Assembly: GCA_020725405.1 (NCBI GenBank)
Contig: DYFB01000077.1
Location: 1 to 62,211, forward strand
Origin: Symbiobacterium sp.
Lineage (GTDB): Bacteria; Bacillota; Sulfobacillia; UBA995; UBA9673
Length of the DNA: 62,211 nt
Direction of reading: 5' to 3'
The notes under the pieces are model-generated. The model searched no databases. It saw only the letters and a program-made list of their open reading frames with translations, and was not told where the DNA came from. This document shows positions 1-9,279 of this stretch, in pieces. Positions within the stretch are counted from its first letter, which is position 1. Every line of letters starts with the position of its first letter. A program made the position numbers and the translations under genes.

Positions 1-132
1 CAGGCCCAGGGCCTCATCAGCTTGCACGCCACATACCGCACACTTCGTCAACCTTGCTGAACCGCCGGATGCGGACCCGCATGTCCGGTGGTGTGGGAGG
101 ACGGGGAGCGAGACGCTCCCCTCCTACCCGAT
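1..132 (+). mobile_element. 3' end of class C (IIC) group II intron: end of the RT ORF plus domains V and VI
   Basis: Frame 1 reads QAQGLISLHATYRTLRQPC-stop (1-60), like intron-encoded RT/maturase C-termini. Short domain V AACCGCCGGATGCGGACCCGCATGTCCGGTGGT has the CGC triad. Domain VI hairpin has a bulged A at 126 and ends ACCCGAT at 132. Confidence 0.93.
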
Positions 133-146
133 CGCCCGGCAGGGGG

Positions 147-1052
147 TCAGCTCGGGAGTATGCCCATCTTCTCGAGGACGTAGCGGGCCCGGGCGGTTGA
201 GGTGTGCTTCGCTCGGGAGAGCGCCTGCCCGGCTGCGGCGATGCGGGCCAGCCGCTCGGGGTCGGCGAGGAGAGCCTCAATCTTGTCCAGCATGTCCCCC
301 GGGCTGCCGAAGAAGACGGCGCTCTCCCCGTCGACGAAGTTGTCGGGGATGAGGATAGGCAGCCGCTCGCTGAGGAGCAGGGCCCCGTGGTAGGGTATTT
401 CCCAGTAGCGGAAGGTGTCCCAGGCCACGCCGCGCAGTGAGACGGCGATCTTGCTCCGGTTGAGTATCCAGCAGAACTGGTCCCGCGGCAGGTCGGCACC
501 CAGATAGACCGTGTATCCCTGGCGGCGCAGGAGCTCGGCGCACCACACGCGGACCTCCACGGTCGGCCTGGCCACGAAGGAGACCGCGATGTCCCTCTCC
601 GTATCGGCCGGGAGCATGACCCGAGGCGGCGCCGCGAGAGGCAAGGGGAAGAGGTCGGGCTCCAGCGAGTACATCTCCATCTTGAAGCGGTGGGTATAGC
701 GGATACCGGCCGGCCAGCCGCCGCGCTCCTCACCGTGGAGGAGGGCCACCGGGCAGCGCGGGAACCGGTCCTGGATCTCCCGCCACACGGCCACCGCCTC
801 GGGCCGGATGCTCCCGACGATCACGGCGTCGAACGCCTCACACATGTCGAGGATATCGATGAGTTCCACGGGCCTCCGGTGTCCGGGGCCGCCGGCCGGC
901 TCATCGTAGAAGTTGTACTGGAACACGCTATAGTCCTTGTAGGGATAGCAGTAGACGCGTTCGGGCCCGAGAAGCTCGTCCAGGCCCTCGTGCAGGATGT
1001 CCTCCTGAAAGCATATATCGGGACTCGTGAGGAATAGGATGGTCGTCGGCAT
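147..1052 (-). CDS. CgeB-like glycosyltransferase (Glyco_trans_1_2 C-terminal domain), paralog 1
   Basis: LNRSKIAVSLRG..DTFRYWEIPYHGALLLS..F.DGESAVFF..RIAAAGQ..HT..RA motif. Start placed at ATG 1052 by alignment with the paralog at 11254. Confidence 0.85.
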   Translation of the reverse strand: MPTTILFLTSPDICFQEDILHEGLDELLGPERVYCYPYKDYSVFQYNFYDEPAGGPGHRRPVELIDILDMCEAFDAVIVGSIRPEAVAVWREIQDRFPRCPVALLHGEERGGWPAGIRYTHRFKMEMYSLEPDLFPLPLAAPPRVMLPADTERDIAVSFVARPTVEVRVWCAELLRRQGYTVYLGADLPRDQFCWILNRSKIAVSLRGVAWDTFRYWEIPYHGALLLSERLPILIPDNFVDGESAVFFGSPGDMLDKIEALLADPERLARIAAAGQALSRAKHTSTARARYVLEKMGILPS

Positions 1053-1095
1053 ACGGCTCTGCGCTGACCTCACTCCCACGGGCACTCTATCCTAC

Positions 1096-1103
1096 AAGAT
1101 ATG
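1096..1103 (-). promoter_or_regulatory. SigK/SigE-like -10 element (CATATCTT)
   Basis: Matches CATAnnnT about 45 nt upstream of the GT start; the -35 AC is not matched. Confidence 0.4.
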
Positions 1104-1318
1104 CAGTCTGTCTGAACCTGGCAACAGCCCAAGCCAGGGCGCCCCGGCCTGGGTTCGCCTTCCGGCGCCCGAGGTTCAGTCGTCGGAGATCACTATCACC
1201 CCTTGCCGACGGTCGAAGCCGCGCCCCCCTCAACCGCGGCGCGGGCCGGCAGGATAAGCGACCAGGGCTCCCGAAGGCATCCGCCATCCGGCTGCCGCCT
1301 GCAAGTGAGGAGTGCGCC

Positions 1319-2806
1319 ATGGACAACAAGGAGCTTGATGATCTGCGGAGAGAAGTGGAGGCCCTCAGCGAACGGGTCCGGCGACTGGAAGGTCAACTGT
1401 CTGGCCTCGCCGTCCGACCCCCGGCCGGAGCCTCAGCGGCCGGGCCGGGGGCAGCCCCGTCGGCGGCCGGGCCGGGGGCAGCCCCGTCGGCGGCCGTTCC
1501 GGGGGCAGCCCCGTCGGCGGCCGTTCCGGGGGCAGCCCCGTCGGCGGCCGTTCCGGGGGCAGCCCCGCCGGCGCCCGTTCCGGGTCCGGCCTCGGGGCTG
1601 CCCACGGGCGAACCGGAGAGCCTGGAGAGCCGCATCGGTGGCCTGTGGCTTAACCGCATCGGTGCGGTGGCCCTGGTATCGGCCCTGGCCTTCTTCCTGA
1701 AGTACGCCTTCGACCATGGCTGGGTGAGCGAGTACGGACGGATCGCCATCGGTCTTGCGACGGGGGTGCTGCTCCTGGGGGCCGGCGAGCACTACCTCAG
1801 TCGGGGACGGATGGTCCGGTTCGGGATCGGCCTCGGCGGGGCCGGTATCGCCGCCTTTTACGTGACCATCCATGCCGCTCTGAGTTTCTACGGCCTGATC
1901 GATCCCCTGACCGCCAAGGTCCTGATGTCGGCGGTGACCTTGCTCGCCCTGGGTCTTGCCCTTCGCCGCAACCTGGTCGCCTTTGCCGTTGTGGGCCTGG
2001 CCGGCGGCTACCTGACCCCGCTCCTCACCTCCGGGGCTGGAGCCTACGTGGCCCTCTACACCTATCTACTGGTCTTCAGCCTGGTCATTCTGGCCGTGTC
2101 CCTCGGCAAGCGCTGGCATGGTCTTTCCCTGCTCGGCCTGCTCTTCACTTACACTCTCTACATTGCCGGCCTGAACGCGAGCCATCCGGGTCCGAACGCG
2201 ATCTCTCCGGGAGAACTCGCCGCCTACATGTGGTTCCTGTCCTTGTTTCACCTCCTCTTCATGGTCGCTGGTCCGGCCGGCGGTCTGTGCCGGCGGGAAC
2301 CGGCCGACGGGTGGCTGATAGCCGGTTCGGTCGTGTCGTCACTGCTCTACGTCTCCCTGGCCGGCGCCCTCCTCTTTGGGGGGCACCGAGGCTTGCTGGC
2401 CCTCGCTCTTCTGGGCTGGGGGGCCTTCTGCCTGGCGGTCATGGTGGTCGTCGGCTGCCGCGGCCAGCAGCGCGACCCGCGCCTGGGCCACTGGATGCTG
2501 GTCCTGGCCTTCGGCTACGTGGCTTTCGCCGTTCCCTTCGGACTTGACGCCCGCTGGGTTACGGTCGCCTGGCTGGTCCAGTCACTGGCGGTGGTCGCCC
2601 TCGGCATATGGAGGAGGGCTTCCCTCCTGCGCTGGCTCGGCATCAGCCTTCTGCTGGTGACCGCGGGCAAGCTCGTGCTGGTAGACCTGGCCGGGCTGGA
2701 GACCGTCTGGCGGATACTGATGTTCCTGGCCTCGGGCCTGGTCTTCCTGATGGCCTCATACCTCTACCAGCGCTTCCTCGGCCCACAGCAGGGTCAGGCG
2801 GCCTAG
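1319..2806 (+). CDS. DUF2339-family multi-pass membrane protein
   Basis: N-terminal coiled coil, Ala/Pro/Gly linker, LESRIGGLWLNRIG..FFLKYAF motif, many TM helices, C-terminal KLVLVDL..RIL.F..G..YLY. SD GAGGAG. Confidence 0.85.
   Translation: MDNKELDDLRREVEALSERVRRLEGQLSGLAVRPPAGASAAGPGAAPSAAGPGAAPSAAVPGAAPSAAVPGAAPSAAVPGAAPPAPVPGPASGLPTGEPESLESRIGGLWLNRIGAVALVSALAFFLKYAFDHGWVSEYGRIAIGLATGVLLLGAGEHYLSRGRMVRFGIGLGGAGIAAFYVTIHAALSFYGLIDPLTAKVLMSAVTLLALGLALRRNLVAFAVVGLAGGYLTPLLTSGAGAYVALYTYLLVFSLVILAVSLGKRWHGLSLLGLLFTYTLYIAGLNASHPGPNAISPGELAAYMWFLSLFHLLFMVAGPAGGLCRREPADGWLIAGSVVSSLLYVSLAGALLFGGHRGLLALALLGWGAFCLAVMVVVGCRGQQRDPRLGHWMLVLAFGYVAFAVPFGLDARWVTVAWLVQSLAVVALGIWRRASLLRWLGISLLLVTAGKLVLVDLAGLETVWRILMFLASGLVFLMASYLYQRFLGPQQGQAA
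1436..1585 (+). repeat. In-frame 27-bp tandem repeat, about 5.5 copies (AA[G/V]PGAAPS)
   Basis: Unit GCGGCCG(GG/TT)CCGGGGGCAGCCCCGTCG read directly. Confidence 0.95.
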
Positions 2807-2834
2807 GGAGCGGCCCGGAGAGGAGGGCGCCGAC

Positions 2835-4223
2835 GTGACGACACGGGGAGCCGCGCGACGGGGAGCCGACCAAGTCGGAGCGCCTGAACTGGCCTTCTTC
2901 TCGTCGCCCATCGCCGACCGGGAGGAAGTGGCCGCCTCCGCGGCCCGCGTAAGGCGTGAGCTCGAGAGGTGTCTCCCGGCCGGGGGGAGAGGCCCGGCAG
3001 CCCTCCCGGTAGCCTGCGTCCTCACGGGCGGTACCGAGGCCCGGGTGCTCGACTGGCTTGCCGCTCGGGAGCGGGAGAAGCGGCCCGACGACCCCGGAGC
3101 GGGCTCGTCCGGCGGCCCGGCCCCGCCCGACCGGGTCCCGGTCGTCCTGCTGGCCCTGCCGCAGTCGAACTCCCTCCCGGCCTGCTTCGAGATTCTGGCC
3201 CGCCTGAGACAGGTCGGCCGGGCGGGGCGCATCGTCGTCTTCGAGCGCGGCGGGTGGCGGGAAGAACTCGTCGCCCTGTGGACGATGGGGCGGACAGCGT
3301 CCTTCCTGAGGACAGCCCGGCTGGGCCTTCTCGGCGGCCCGTCGGCCTGGCTCGTGGCCAGTTCCACGCCAGCCGGGCTCGTGCGCGAGGTGTGGGGCCC
3401 GACCGTCGTGGAGCTTCCCCTGACCGACCTCATTGCGCGGGCCCGCCGGTTGGCCGGCCCGGACCTGGTCGGCGAGGCCGCTTCCCTCCGGGAGAGGGCC
3501 CTCGGGGTGGTGGAACCGACGGACGACGCCCTCGTCGGGGCTCTCGCGCTGGCCCGGGCCCTGCGCGAGGTGGTCTCCGAGCACGGCCTCGACGCCGTGA
3601 CCCTGAGGTGCTTCGACCTCCTCGAGCCCCTGGGCAACACCGGCTGCCTGGCTCTGGCGCTCCTGAACGACGAGGGTGTGACGGCCGCCTGCGAGGGCGA
3701 CATCCCCGCGACCCTGACCATGATGCTCCTACAGAGCCTGACCGGGCGCCCCTGCTTCATGGCCAACCCCTCCGACCTCGACCCTGAGAGGGGGCTTGTC
3801 ACCTTCGCCCACTGCACCGTCCCCCTCGGACTCGTGACGTCCTTCCGGCTCAGGTCGCACTTCGAGTCGAGGACCGGCGTCGGCGTGGAGGGCCGCCTGG
3901 CGGACCAGGAGGTCACGGTGGCCCGCGTGGGCGGCCCGGACCTCCGCGGCCTCGAGGTCTTCCATGGGACGGTGACCGGGCCCGGCCTGCCCGGCCTGTC
4001 CGGCGGCGTCGCCTCCGCGAGGGGGACGGCCTCGGCGGTGGACCCCGGACTCCCACGGGAGGATCTCTGCCGGACCCAGGTCACCGTGGACGTAGGACGG
4101 GAGCAGGTCCTTCGTCTTCTCGAGCGCCCGCTCGGGAACCACCACGTCATCTGCCCGGGAAGGCACACCGGGGCGGTCCGGACGTTCGCCGAGCTGTTCC
4201 TCCCGGCCCCGCGTCTTATGTAA
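2835..4223 (+). CDS. L-fucose isomerase-like protein
   Basis: LTGGTE, DAVTLRCFDL, CEGD, FMANP, FAHCTVP, HFES, CRTQ and PLGNHH motifs. Confidence 0.8.
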   Translation: MTTRGAARRGADQVGAPELAFFSSPIADREEVAASAARVRRELERCLPAGGRGPAALPVACVLTGGTEARVLDWLAAREREKRPDDPGAGSSGGPAPPDRVPVVLLALPQSNSLPACFEILARLRQVGRAGRIVVFERGGWREELVALWTMGRTASFLRTARLGLLGGPSAWLVASSTPAGLVREVWGPTVVELPLTDLIARARRLAGPDLVGEAASLRERALGVVEPTDDALVGALALARALREVVSEHGLDAVTLRCFDLLEPLGNTGCLALALLNDEGVTAACEGDIPATLTMMLLQSLTGRPCFMANPSDLDPERGLVTFAHCTVPLGLVTSFRLRSHFESRTGVGVEGRLADQEVTVARVGGPDLRGLEVFHGTVTGPGLPGLSGGVASARGTASAVDPGLPREDLCRTQVTVDVGREQVLRLLERPLGNHHVICPGRHTGAVRTFAELFLPAPRLM

Positions 4224-4250
4224 ACGCCTCAGCTGCACCCCTCATATGCT
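4224..4250 (+). promoter_or_regulatory. SigK-like promoter AC-N17-CATATGCT
   Basis: AC at 4224-4225, 17-nt spacer, CATATGCT at 4243-4250, upstream of the nucleotide-sugar operon. Confidence 0.6.
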
Positions 4251-4282
4251 GGTAGAGGGCTTTCCCTGAGGGGTGCGGCAGT

Positions 4283-5278
4283 GTGAGAGTTCTCATCACC
4301 GGAGTCACCGGTTTCGCCGGAAGCCATCTGGCGGAGTACGCCCTCGCCCAACCGGGGGTCGAGGTCTACGGCACCTGCCGCACGCGGAGCCGTCTTGACA
4401 ACATCATTCACCTCGAGGGCCGCCTGCGACTGGTCGAGTGCGATCTCCGCGACCCGTTCTCCGTCCAGGCCCTCATCGCCCTGACGAGACCGGACCGGCT
4501 CTTCCATCTCGCGGCCCAGAGCTTCGTCCCCACCTCCTGGACCGCCCCCGAGGAGACGATCGTGACGAACGTCCTCGGCCAGCTCAACCTCCTCGAGGCC
4601 GTCCGCAGGCACAGCCCGGAGACGCGCTTTCAGATAGCCTGCTCTTCGGAGGAGTACGGGCTCGTCCACCCGGACGAGGTGCCGATAGACGAGTCGAACC
4701 CGTTGCGCCCGCTCAGCCCGTACGGTGTCAGCAAGGTGGCTCAGGACCTCCTGGGCTACCAGTACCACGCCTCCTACGGCCTGCATACCGTGCGGACCAG
4801 GGCCTTCAACCACACCGGGCCCCGCCGGGGGGAGGTCTTCGTGACATCGAGCTTCGCCAAACAAGTGGCCGAGGTCGAGGCCGGCCGGCGCCCCCCCGTC
4901 CTGCACTGCGGCAATCTCGAGGCCCGCCGGGACTTCACCGACGTCCGCGACATGGTCAGGGCCTACTGGCTGGCCCTCGAACACGGTGAGCCGGGAGAGG
5001 TCTACGTCATCGCTTCAGGCCGGAGCTACTCCATTCGAGAGGTCCTCGAGATGGTTCTCGGAATGGCCGCCGTCCCCATCCGGGTGGAGGTCGACCCGGA
5101 ACGACTCCGTCCCTCGGACGTGCCCATCCTCGAGGGCAACGCGGCCAGGTTCCGGGCGAGGACCGGGTGGGTCCCGGAGATACCCTTCACCAAGACCATG
5201 GCCGACCTCCTCGACTACTGGCGGGCGGTCGTGGCCGGTCGTCCGGCCCCGGTGGAGGGCGTCCAGGGTGGCCGGTGA
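4283..5278 (+). CDS. GDP-mannose 4,6-dehydratase / GDP-4-keto-6-deoxymannose reductase-like SDR
   Basis: ITGVTGFAGSHL, HLAAQSFV, SSEEYG, SPYGVSK, RAFNHTGP and RRDFTDVRD motifs. Confidence 0.9.
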   Translation: MRVLITGVTGFAGSHLAEYALAQPGVEVYGTCRTRSRLDNIIHLEGRLRLVECDLRDPFSVQALIALTRPDRLFHLAAQSFVPTSWTAPEETIVTNVLGQLNLLEAVRRHSPETRFQIACSSEEYGLVHPDEVPIDESNPLRPLSPYGVSKVAQDLLGYQYHASYGLHTVRTRAFNHTGPRRGEVFVTSSFAKQVAEVEAGRRPPVLHCGNLEARRDFTDVRDMVRAYWLALEHGEPGEVYVIASGRSYSIREVLEMVLGMAAVPIRVEVDPERLRPSDVPILEGNAARFRARTGWVPEIPFTKTMADLLDYWRAVVAGRPAPVEGVQGGR

Positions 5279-6353
5279 CAAGCTGAAGGGTTTGGTCCTG
5301 TGCGGCGGTCGCGGAACGCGCCTGCGCCCCCTCACCTATACGCGGGCCAAGCAGCTCATCCCCATCGCCAACCGGCCCAGCGTCTTCTACGCCATCGACG
5401 ACCTCGCCGCGGCCGGCATCCGCGACATCGGCGTGGTCGTCAGCCCGGAGACGGGGGCGGAGGTGGAGGAAGCCTTCGGCGACGGCGAGGCCTGGGGGGT
5501 CAGCTTCACCTTCATCCTCCAGGAAGCTCCGCTCGGGCTGGCCCACGCGGTGAAGACGGCCCGTCCCTTCCTCGGTCGCGACTCCTTCCTCATGTATCTC
5601 GGCGACAACCTCCTCTCCGGAGGTCTCTCCCGCCTGGTCGAGGTCTTTCGGAGCGGCGACCTCCACGCCCTGGTGCTGCTCACCCGGGTCGAGGACCCGA
5701 CCCAGTTCGGCGTCGCCGTGGTCGACCTGCAGGGCCGGGTCGTCCGGCTCGTCGAGAAGCCCAAGGACCCACCGTCGGACCTCGCCCTGGTTGGGGTTTA
5801 CGTGTTTCATCCGGTGATCCACGAGGTCATCGAGACCCTTCGGCCGAGCTCGCGAGGGGAGTACGAGATAACCGACGCCATCCAGGGGCTTCTCGACCGC
5901 GGCCTCCGGGTGGCCGCCCACCGGGTCGAGGGCTGGTGGAAGGATACCGGCAAGCCCGGCGACCTCCTCGATGCCAACCGGGTCGTTCTCTCCCGGCTCA
6001 GCCGGCGCCTCGACGGCGACGCGGTCGACTCCGAGGTGAGCGGGGAAGTCGTCGTCGAAACCGGGGCCAGGGTGGTCCGGTCGGTCGTCCGCGGCCCGGT
6101 CCACATCGCCGCCGGCGCCCTCGTCGAGGAGAGCCACGTCGGCCCCTACACGTCGGTGGGGCGGGGAGCCCGGGTTGTCCGGAGCGACGTCGAGTACTCC
6201 ATCATCCTCGACGAGGCCGCGGTTATCGACCTCCCATGCCGTCTTGACGCATCCGTCCTGGGGCAGGGCGCCACCGTGCGCGGCGGGGCCAACCGCCCGC
6301 ACCGCCACTCCGTCCGCCTCGTCCTGGGGGACCGGAGCCTGGTCAGCCTATGA
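5268..6353 (+). CDS. rmlA: glucose-1-phosphate thymidylyltransferase (long form)
   Basis: GGRGTRLRPLT..KQLIP, LGDN, VEKP, GEYEITDA and WKDTG motifs. GTG start at 5268 after SD GGAGG. Confidence 0.93.
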   Translation: MAGDKLKGLVLCGGRGTRLRPLTYTRAKQLIPIANRPSVFYAIDDLAAAGIRDIGVVVSPETGAEVEEAFGDGEAWGVSFTFILQEAPLGLAHAVKTARPFLGRDSFLMYLGDNLLSGGLSRLVEVFRSGDLHALVLLTRVEDPTQFGVAVVDLQGRVVRLVEKPKDPPSDLALVGVYVFHPVIHEVIETLRPSSRGEYEITDAIQGLLDRGLRVAAHRVEGWWKDTGKPGDLLDANRVVLSRLSRRLDGDAVDSEVSGEVVVETGARVVRSVVRGPVHIAAGALVEESHVGPYTSVGRGARVVRSDVEYSIILDEAAVIDLPCRLDASVLGQGATVRGGANRPHRHSVRLVLGDRSLVSL

Positions 6354-7114
6354 CCCGGCCTCCGGGCGGAGCGGCGGGTTCCATCCTCCTCACCGGAGGC
6401 GGGGGTCGCCTGGGACGGGAACTCCTCCGCCTTCTTCCCGGCCTCGTCGCCCCGTCCCGGGCCGAGCTCGACCTTACCCGCCCCGCCTCGGTCGGCCGGG
6501 CCTTCGGCTTCCACCGGCCGGCGGTCGTCGTCCACGCCGCCGCCTTCACCGACGTCGCCCGGGCCGAGCGCGACCGGGAGGAGTGCTGGGCGGTCAACGT
6601 GCGGGGGACGGCCGCGGTGGTGCGCGAGGCCGCCCGCCACGGCTGCGCCCTCATCCACATCTCCACGGACTACGTCTTCCACGGCTCGCGGGGCTACTAC
6701 CGGGAGGACGAGCCTCCCGGGCCGGTCCGCAACTACTACGCCCTGAGCAAGCTCGCCGCGGAGGAGGTCGCCCGTCTGGCGCCCCGTCACCTCGTCATCC
6801 GCACGAGCTTCCGGCCGCGCGACTGGCCGCACCCGGTCGCCTTCGTGGACCTCTACACCAGCCAGGACTACGTCGACGTCGTGGCGCCGGACATCGCCCT
6901 GGCCATAGTGAAGTGGCGGCAAATACCCTACGACACCCTGCACATCGCCACGGAGAGGAAGACGGCCTTCGAGCTCGCCCGCCGCCGGCGTCCCGACGTC
7001 CGGCCGGGACGCCGGTCCGAGGCCGCGGTCGACCTGCCGGAGGACATCTCTCTTGACATCGCGCGCTGGCGGGGTCTGAAGGCCGGCTGGCTCGGGGAGG
7101 AGGGACCGGGGTGA
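6350..7114 (+). CDS. rmlD: dTDP-4-dehydrorhamnose reductase
   Basis: LTGGGGRLG, HAAAFTDV, HISTDYVF and NYYALSK motifs; ATGA overlap with rmlA. Confidence 0.88.
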   Translation: MTRPPGGAAGSILLTGGGGRLGRELLRLLPGLVAPSRAELDLTRPASVGRAFGFHRPAVVVHAAAFTDVARAERDREECWAVNVRGTAAVVREAARHGCALIHISTDYVFHGSRGYYREDEPPGPVRNYYALSKLAAEEVARLAPRHLVIRTSFRPRDWPHPVAFVDLYTSQDYVDVVAPDIALAIVKWRQIPYDTLHIATERKTAFELARRRRPDVRPGRRSEAAVDLPEDISLDIARWRGLKAGWLGEEGPG

Positions 7115-7153
7115 CGGGGACGGGGTGGGGACCGGGGTGACGGGGATGGGGTG
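7102..7153 (+). repeat. 26-bp G-rich tandem duplication at the rmlD/rmlC junction
   Basis: GGGACCGGGGTGACGGGGA(C/T)GGGGTG x2 with one mismatch. Confidence 0.9.
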
Positions 7154-7700
7154 GGGGGTGACCCCCCTGCCTGAGGTGGCGAGGGCCCTCACCTTCCAGG
7201 ACTACGGCCGGGGCCCGGAGCTCGAGGGCGTCTACCACCGTCCGCTGCGGAAGCACCGGGCCCTGGAGGGCTGGTTCATGGAGTACCTGCGGGTGACGGG
7301 AGGAAGGGCCGAGACCGACGTCGGAGTCCCCGGGGACTTCGAGGTCCGTCAGGTTTCCTTCTCCTACGCCGCGCCCGGGCGGCTGAACGCCTTCCACCTT
7401 CACCCGCGGGAGCGGCAGGACGAGCTCTGGTGTGTCGTCGACGGTCTTCTGGCCGTCTGGCTCGTTGACGTGAGGGAGGGGTCGCCGACGGCCGGGCTGC
7501 GGCGCCGCTATATCCTCTCCGGGGAGGAGCCGGCTCTTCTCCACATCCCGTCGGGTGTGGCCCACGGCTACCGGGCCGGCCCGGCCGGGGCCCTCCTGGT
7601 CTACGCCGTGACGTCGCAGTTCGACCCGGTCCACCCCAACGAGGCCCGCCTCCCCTGGGATCACTTCGGCGCCGGGCTGTGGGAGGATGACCGTGGCTGA
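7137..7700 (+). CDS. rmlC: dTDP-4-dehydrorhamnose 3,5-epimerase family (cupin)
   Basis: GWFMEY, AFHLH, QDELW, DVREGSPT and IPSGVAHGY motifs. Exact start uncertain (7125, 7137 or 7146). Confidence 0.85.
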   Translation: MTGMGWGVTPLPEVARALTFQDYGRGPELEGVYHRPLRKHRALEGWFMEYLRVTGGRAETDVGVPGDFEVRQVSFSYAAPGRLNAFHLHPRERQDELWCVVDGLLAVWLVDVREGSPTAGLRRRYILSGEEPALLHIPSGVAHGYRAGPAGALLVYAVTSQFDPVHPNEARLPWDHFGAGLWEDDRG

Positions 7701-8652
7701 CTTCAGGCGGGTCGTCGTGACCGGCGGCGCCGGTTTCATCGGGTCGAACTACGTCCGCTACGCTCTCGACCACCACCCGGAGTGGGAGATCGTCGTCCTC
7801 GACAAGCTGACCTACGCCGGGAACCTCGCGAACCTGAGCGAGTCCATGGGGCGCATAACCTTCATCCGCGGCGACATCGCCGACCCCGACGACGTGGACC
7901 GGGTCGTGGCCGGAGCCGACGCCGTGCTCAACTTCGCGGCCGAGTCGCACGTGGACCGGTCTCTGGCCGATGCCAGGCCGTTCGTCAGGACGAACGTCGA
8001 GGGGGTAATGGTCCTCCTCGAGGCCGTCCGCCGGCACGGCGTGGGCCGCTTCCTCCAGGTCTCCACGGACGAGGTCTACGGCGACCTCGCGGGGACCGAC
8101 CGGCGGTCGGTCGAAACCGACCCGTTCCGGCCCCGGAGCCCCTATGCCGCGACCAAGGCCGGCGCCGAGCACCTCGTCTGGGCCTACGGCGCGTCTTTCG
8201 GGCTCGACGTCGTGGCCACGCGGGGCTCAAACACCTACGGCCCCTGCCAGTACCCGGAGAAGATCATCCCCCTCTTCACGGTGAACGCCCTCCGAGGCCT
8301 ACCCCTCCCCCTCTACGGGGACGGGAGCGCCGTCCGGGACTACATGCACGTCGAGGACCACTGCTCCGGTATCGACGCCGTCCTCCACCGGGGGGCCGCC
8401 GGGGAGGCCTACAATCTCGGCGCCCGGCTCGAAATCTCCGGCCTGGACGTGGCCCGCCGCATCCTGGACCTCCTCGGGGCCCCCGGGGAACTGATTCGCT
8501 TCGTGGCCGACCGTCCTGGGCACGACTACCGCTACTCCGTCGACCCCTCGAAGGCCGAGGCCCTCGGGTGGACGAGGGCCTGGACCTTCGAGAAGGGTCT
8601 CGCTCAGACGGTCCGGTGGTACGCCGAGAATGTCGCCCGGTGGGACGGCTAA
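7687..8652 (+). CDS. rmlB: dTDP-glucose 4,6-dehydratase
   Basis: TGGAGFIGSN, DKLTYAGN, AAESHVDRS, VSTDEVYG, SPYAATK and DRPGHD.RY motifs. Confidence 0.95.
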   Translation: MTVADFRRVVVTGGAGFIGSNYVRYALDHHPEWEIVVLDKLTYAGNLANLSESMGRITFIRGDIADPDDVDRVVAGADAVLNFAAESHVDRSLADARPFVRTNVEGVMVLLEAVRRHGVGRFLQVSTDEVYGDLAGTDRRSVETDPFRPRSPYAATKAGAEHLVWAYGASFGLDVVATRGSNTYGPCQYPEKIIPLFTVNALRGLPLPLYGDGSAVRDYMHVEDHCSGIDAVLHRGAAGEAYNLGARLEISGLDVARRILDLLGAPGELIRFVADRPGHDYRYSVDPSKAEALGWTRAWTFEKGLAQTVRWYAENVARWDG

Positions 8653-9269
8653 CCGGGCGGGCGCCGCGGCGTCAGCCTGCGGACACTGAACATGACGTGC
8701 GGCGTGGGCTCGGACCAGTCGGGCGACTCCCGGATGAACTCCTGAATGACTCTGGACGGACCGGGCGCGCCAGCGTCGTGGAAGGCCGCCCACCCATCCT
8801 TGACGATGAACGGCGACCAGCCCAGGAAGTCGGCCTTCACCGACTTGTAGTCGTGGGCGGCGTCGATGAAGAGAAGGCCCACGGGCTTCGTCCAGATCCT
8901 GCAGACATCGGCCGTCTTCCCGGTGATGGGGGTGACGATGTCCGTGAGACCGAGCCACTCCATGTTGGACCGGAACTCAGGAAACGTCGTCGCCGTCGGG
9001 TCCCAGAAGAGATGCTGGTGCTCCTCGGAGCCGCGCCAGTGGTCTACGGCATAGACCCGCGCGCCGTGGCCGGCCTTACTGCCGAGGCCCAGCCAGGCTG
9101 TTGACTTGCCCTTCCAACTCCCGAGCTCCACGATGGCCAGGTGCGCCGGGGTGATGGAGGCAAGATAGGCCAGCCGCCGCCCCTCGTCAATCGAGAGCCA
9201 GCCCTCGATCTGGTCCAGCTCGTCCTCATTCGGCAGGGTCAGGACCGTCACCCGATCACCTCCTCTCAC
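8649..9269 (-). CDS. class I SAM-dependent methyltransferase (Methyltransf_24-like, probable sugar O-methyltransferase)
   Basis: IEGWL, VELGSWKGKST, VYAVDHW, LFIDAAHDY and FHD motifs. Confidence 0.85.
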   Translation of the reverse strand: MRGGDRVTVLTLPNEDELDQIEGWLSIDEGRRLAYLASITPAHLAIVELGSWKGKSTAWLGLGSKAGHGARVYAVDHWRGSEEHQHLFWDPTATTFPEFRSNMEWLGLTDIVTPITGKTADVCRIWTKPVGLLFIDAAHDYKSVKADFLGWSPFIVKDGWAAFHDAGAPGPSRVIQEFIRESPDWSEPTPHVMFSVRRLTPRRPPG

Positions 9270-9279
9270 GGCCTCGGCC

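Noticed and set aside
1-132. DGR or retron reverse transcriptase
   Set aside because: Canonical domain V/VI directly after the stop codon identifies a group II intron; no TR/VR pair was seen.
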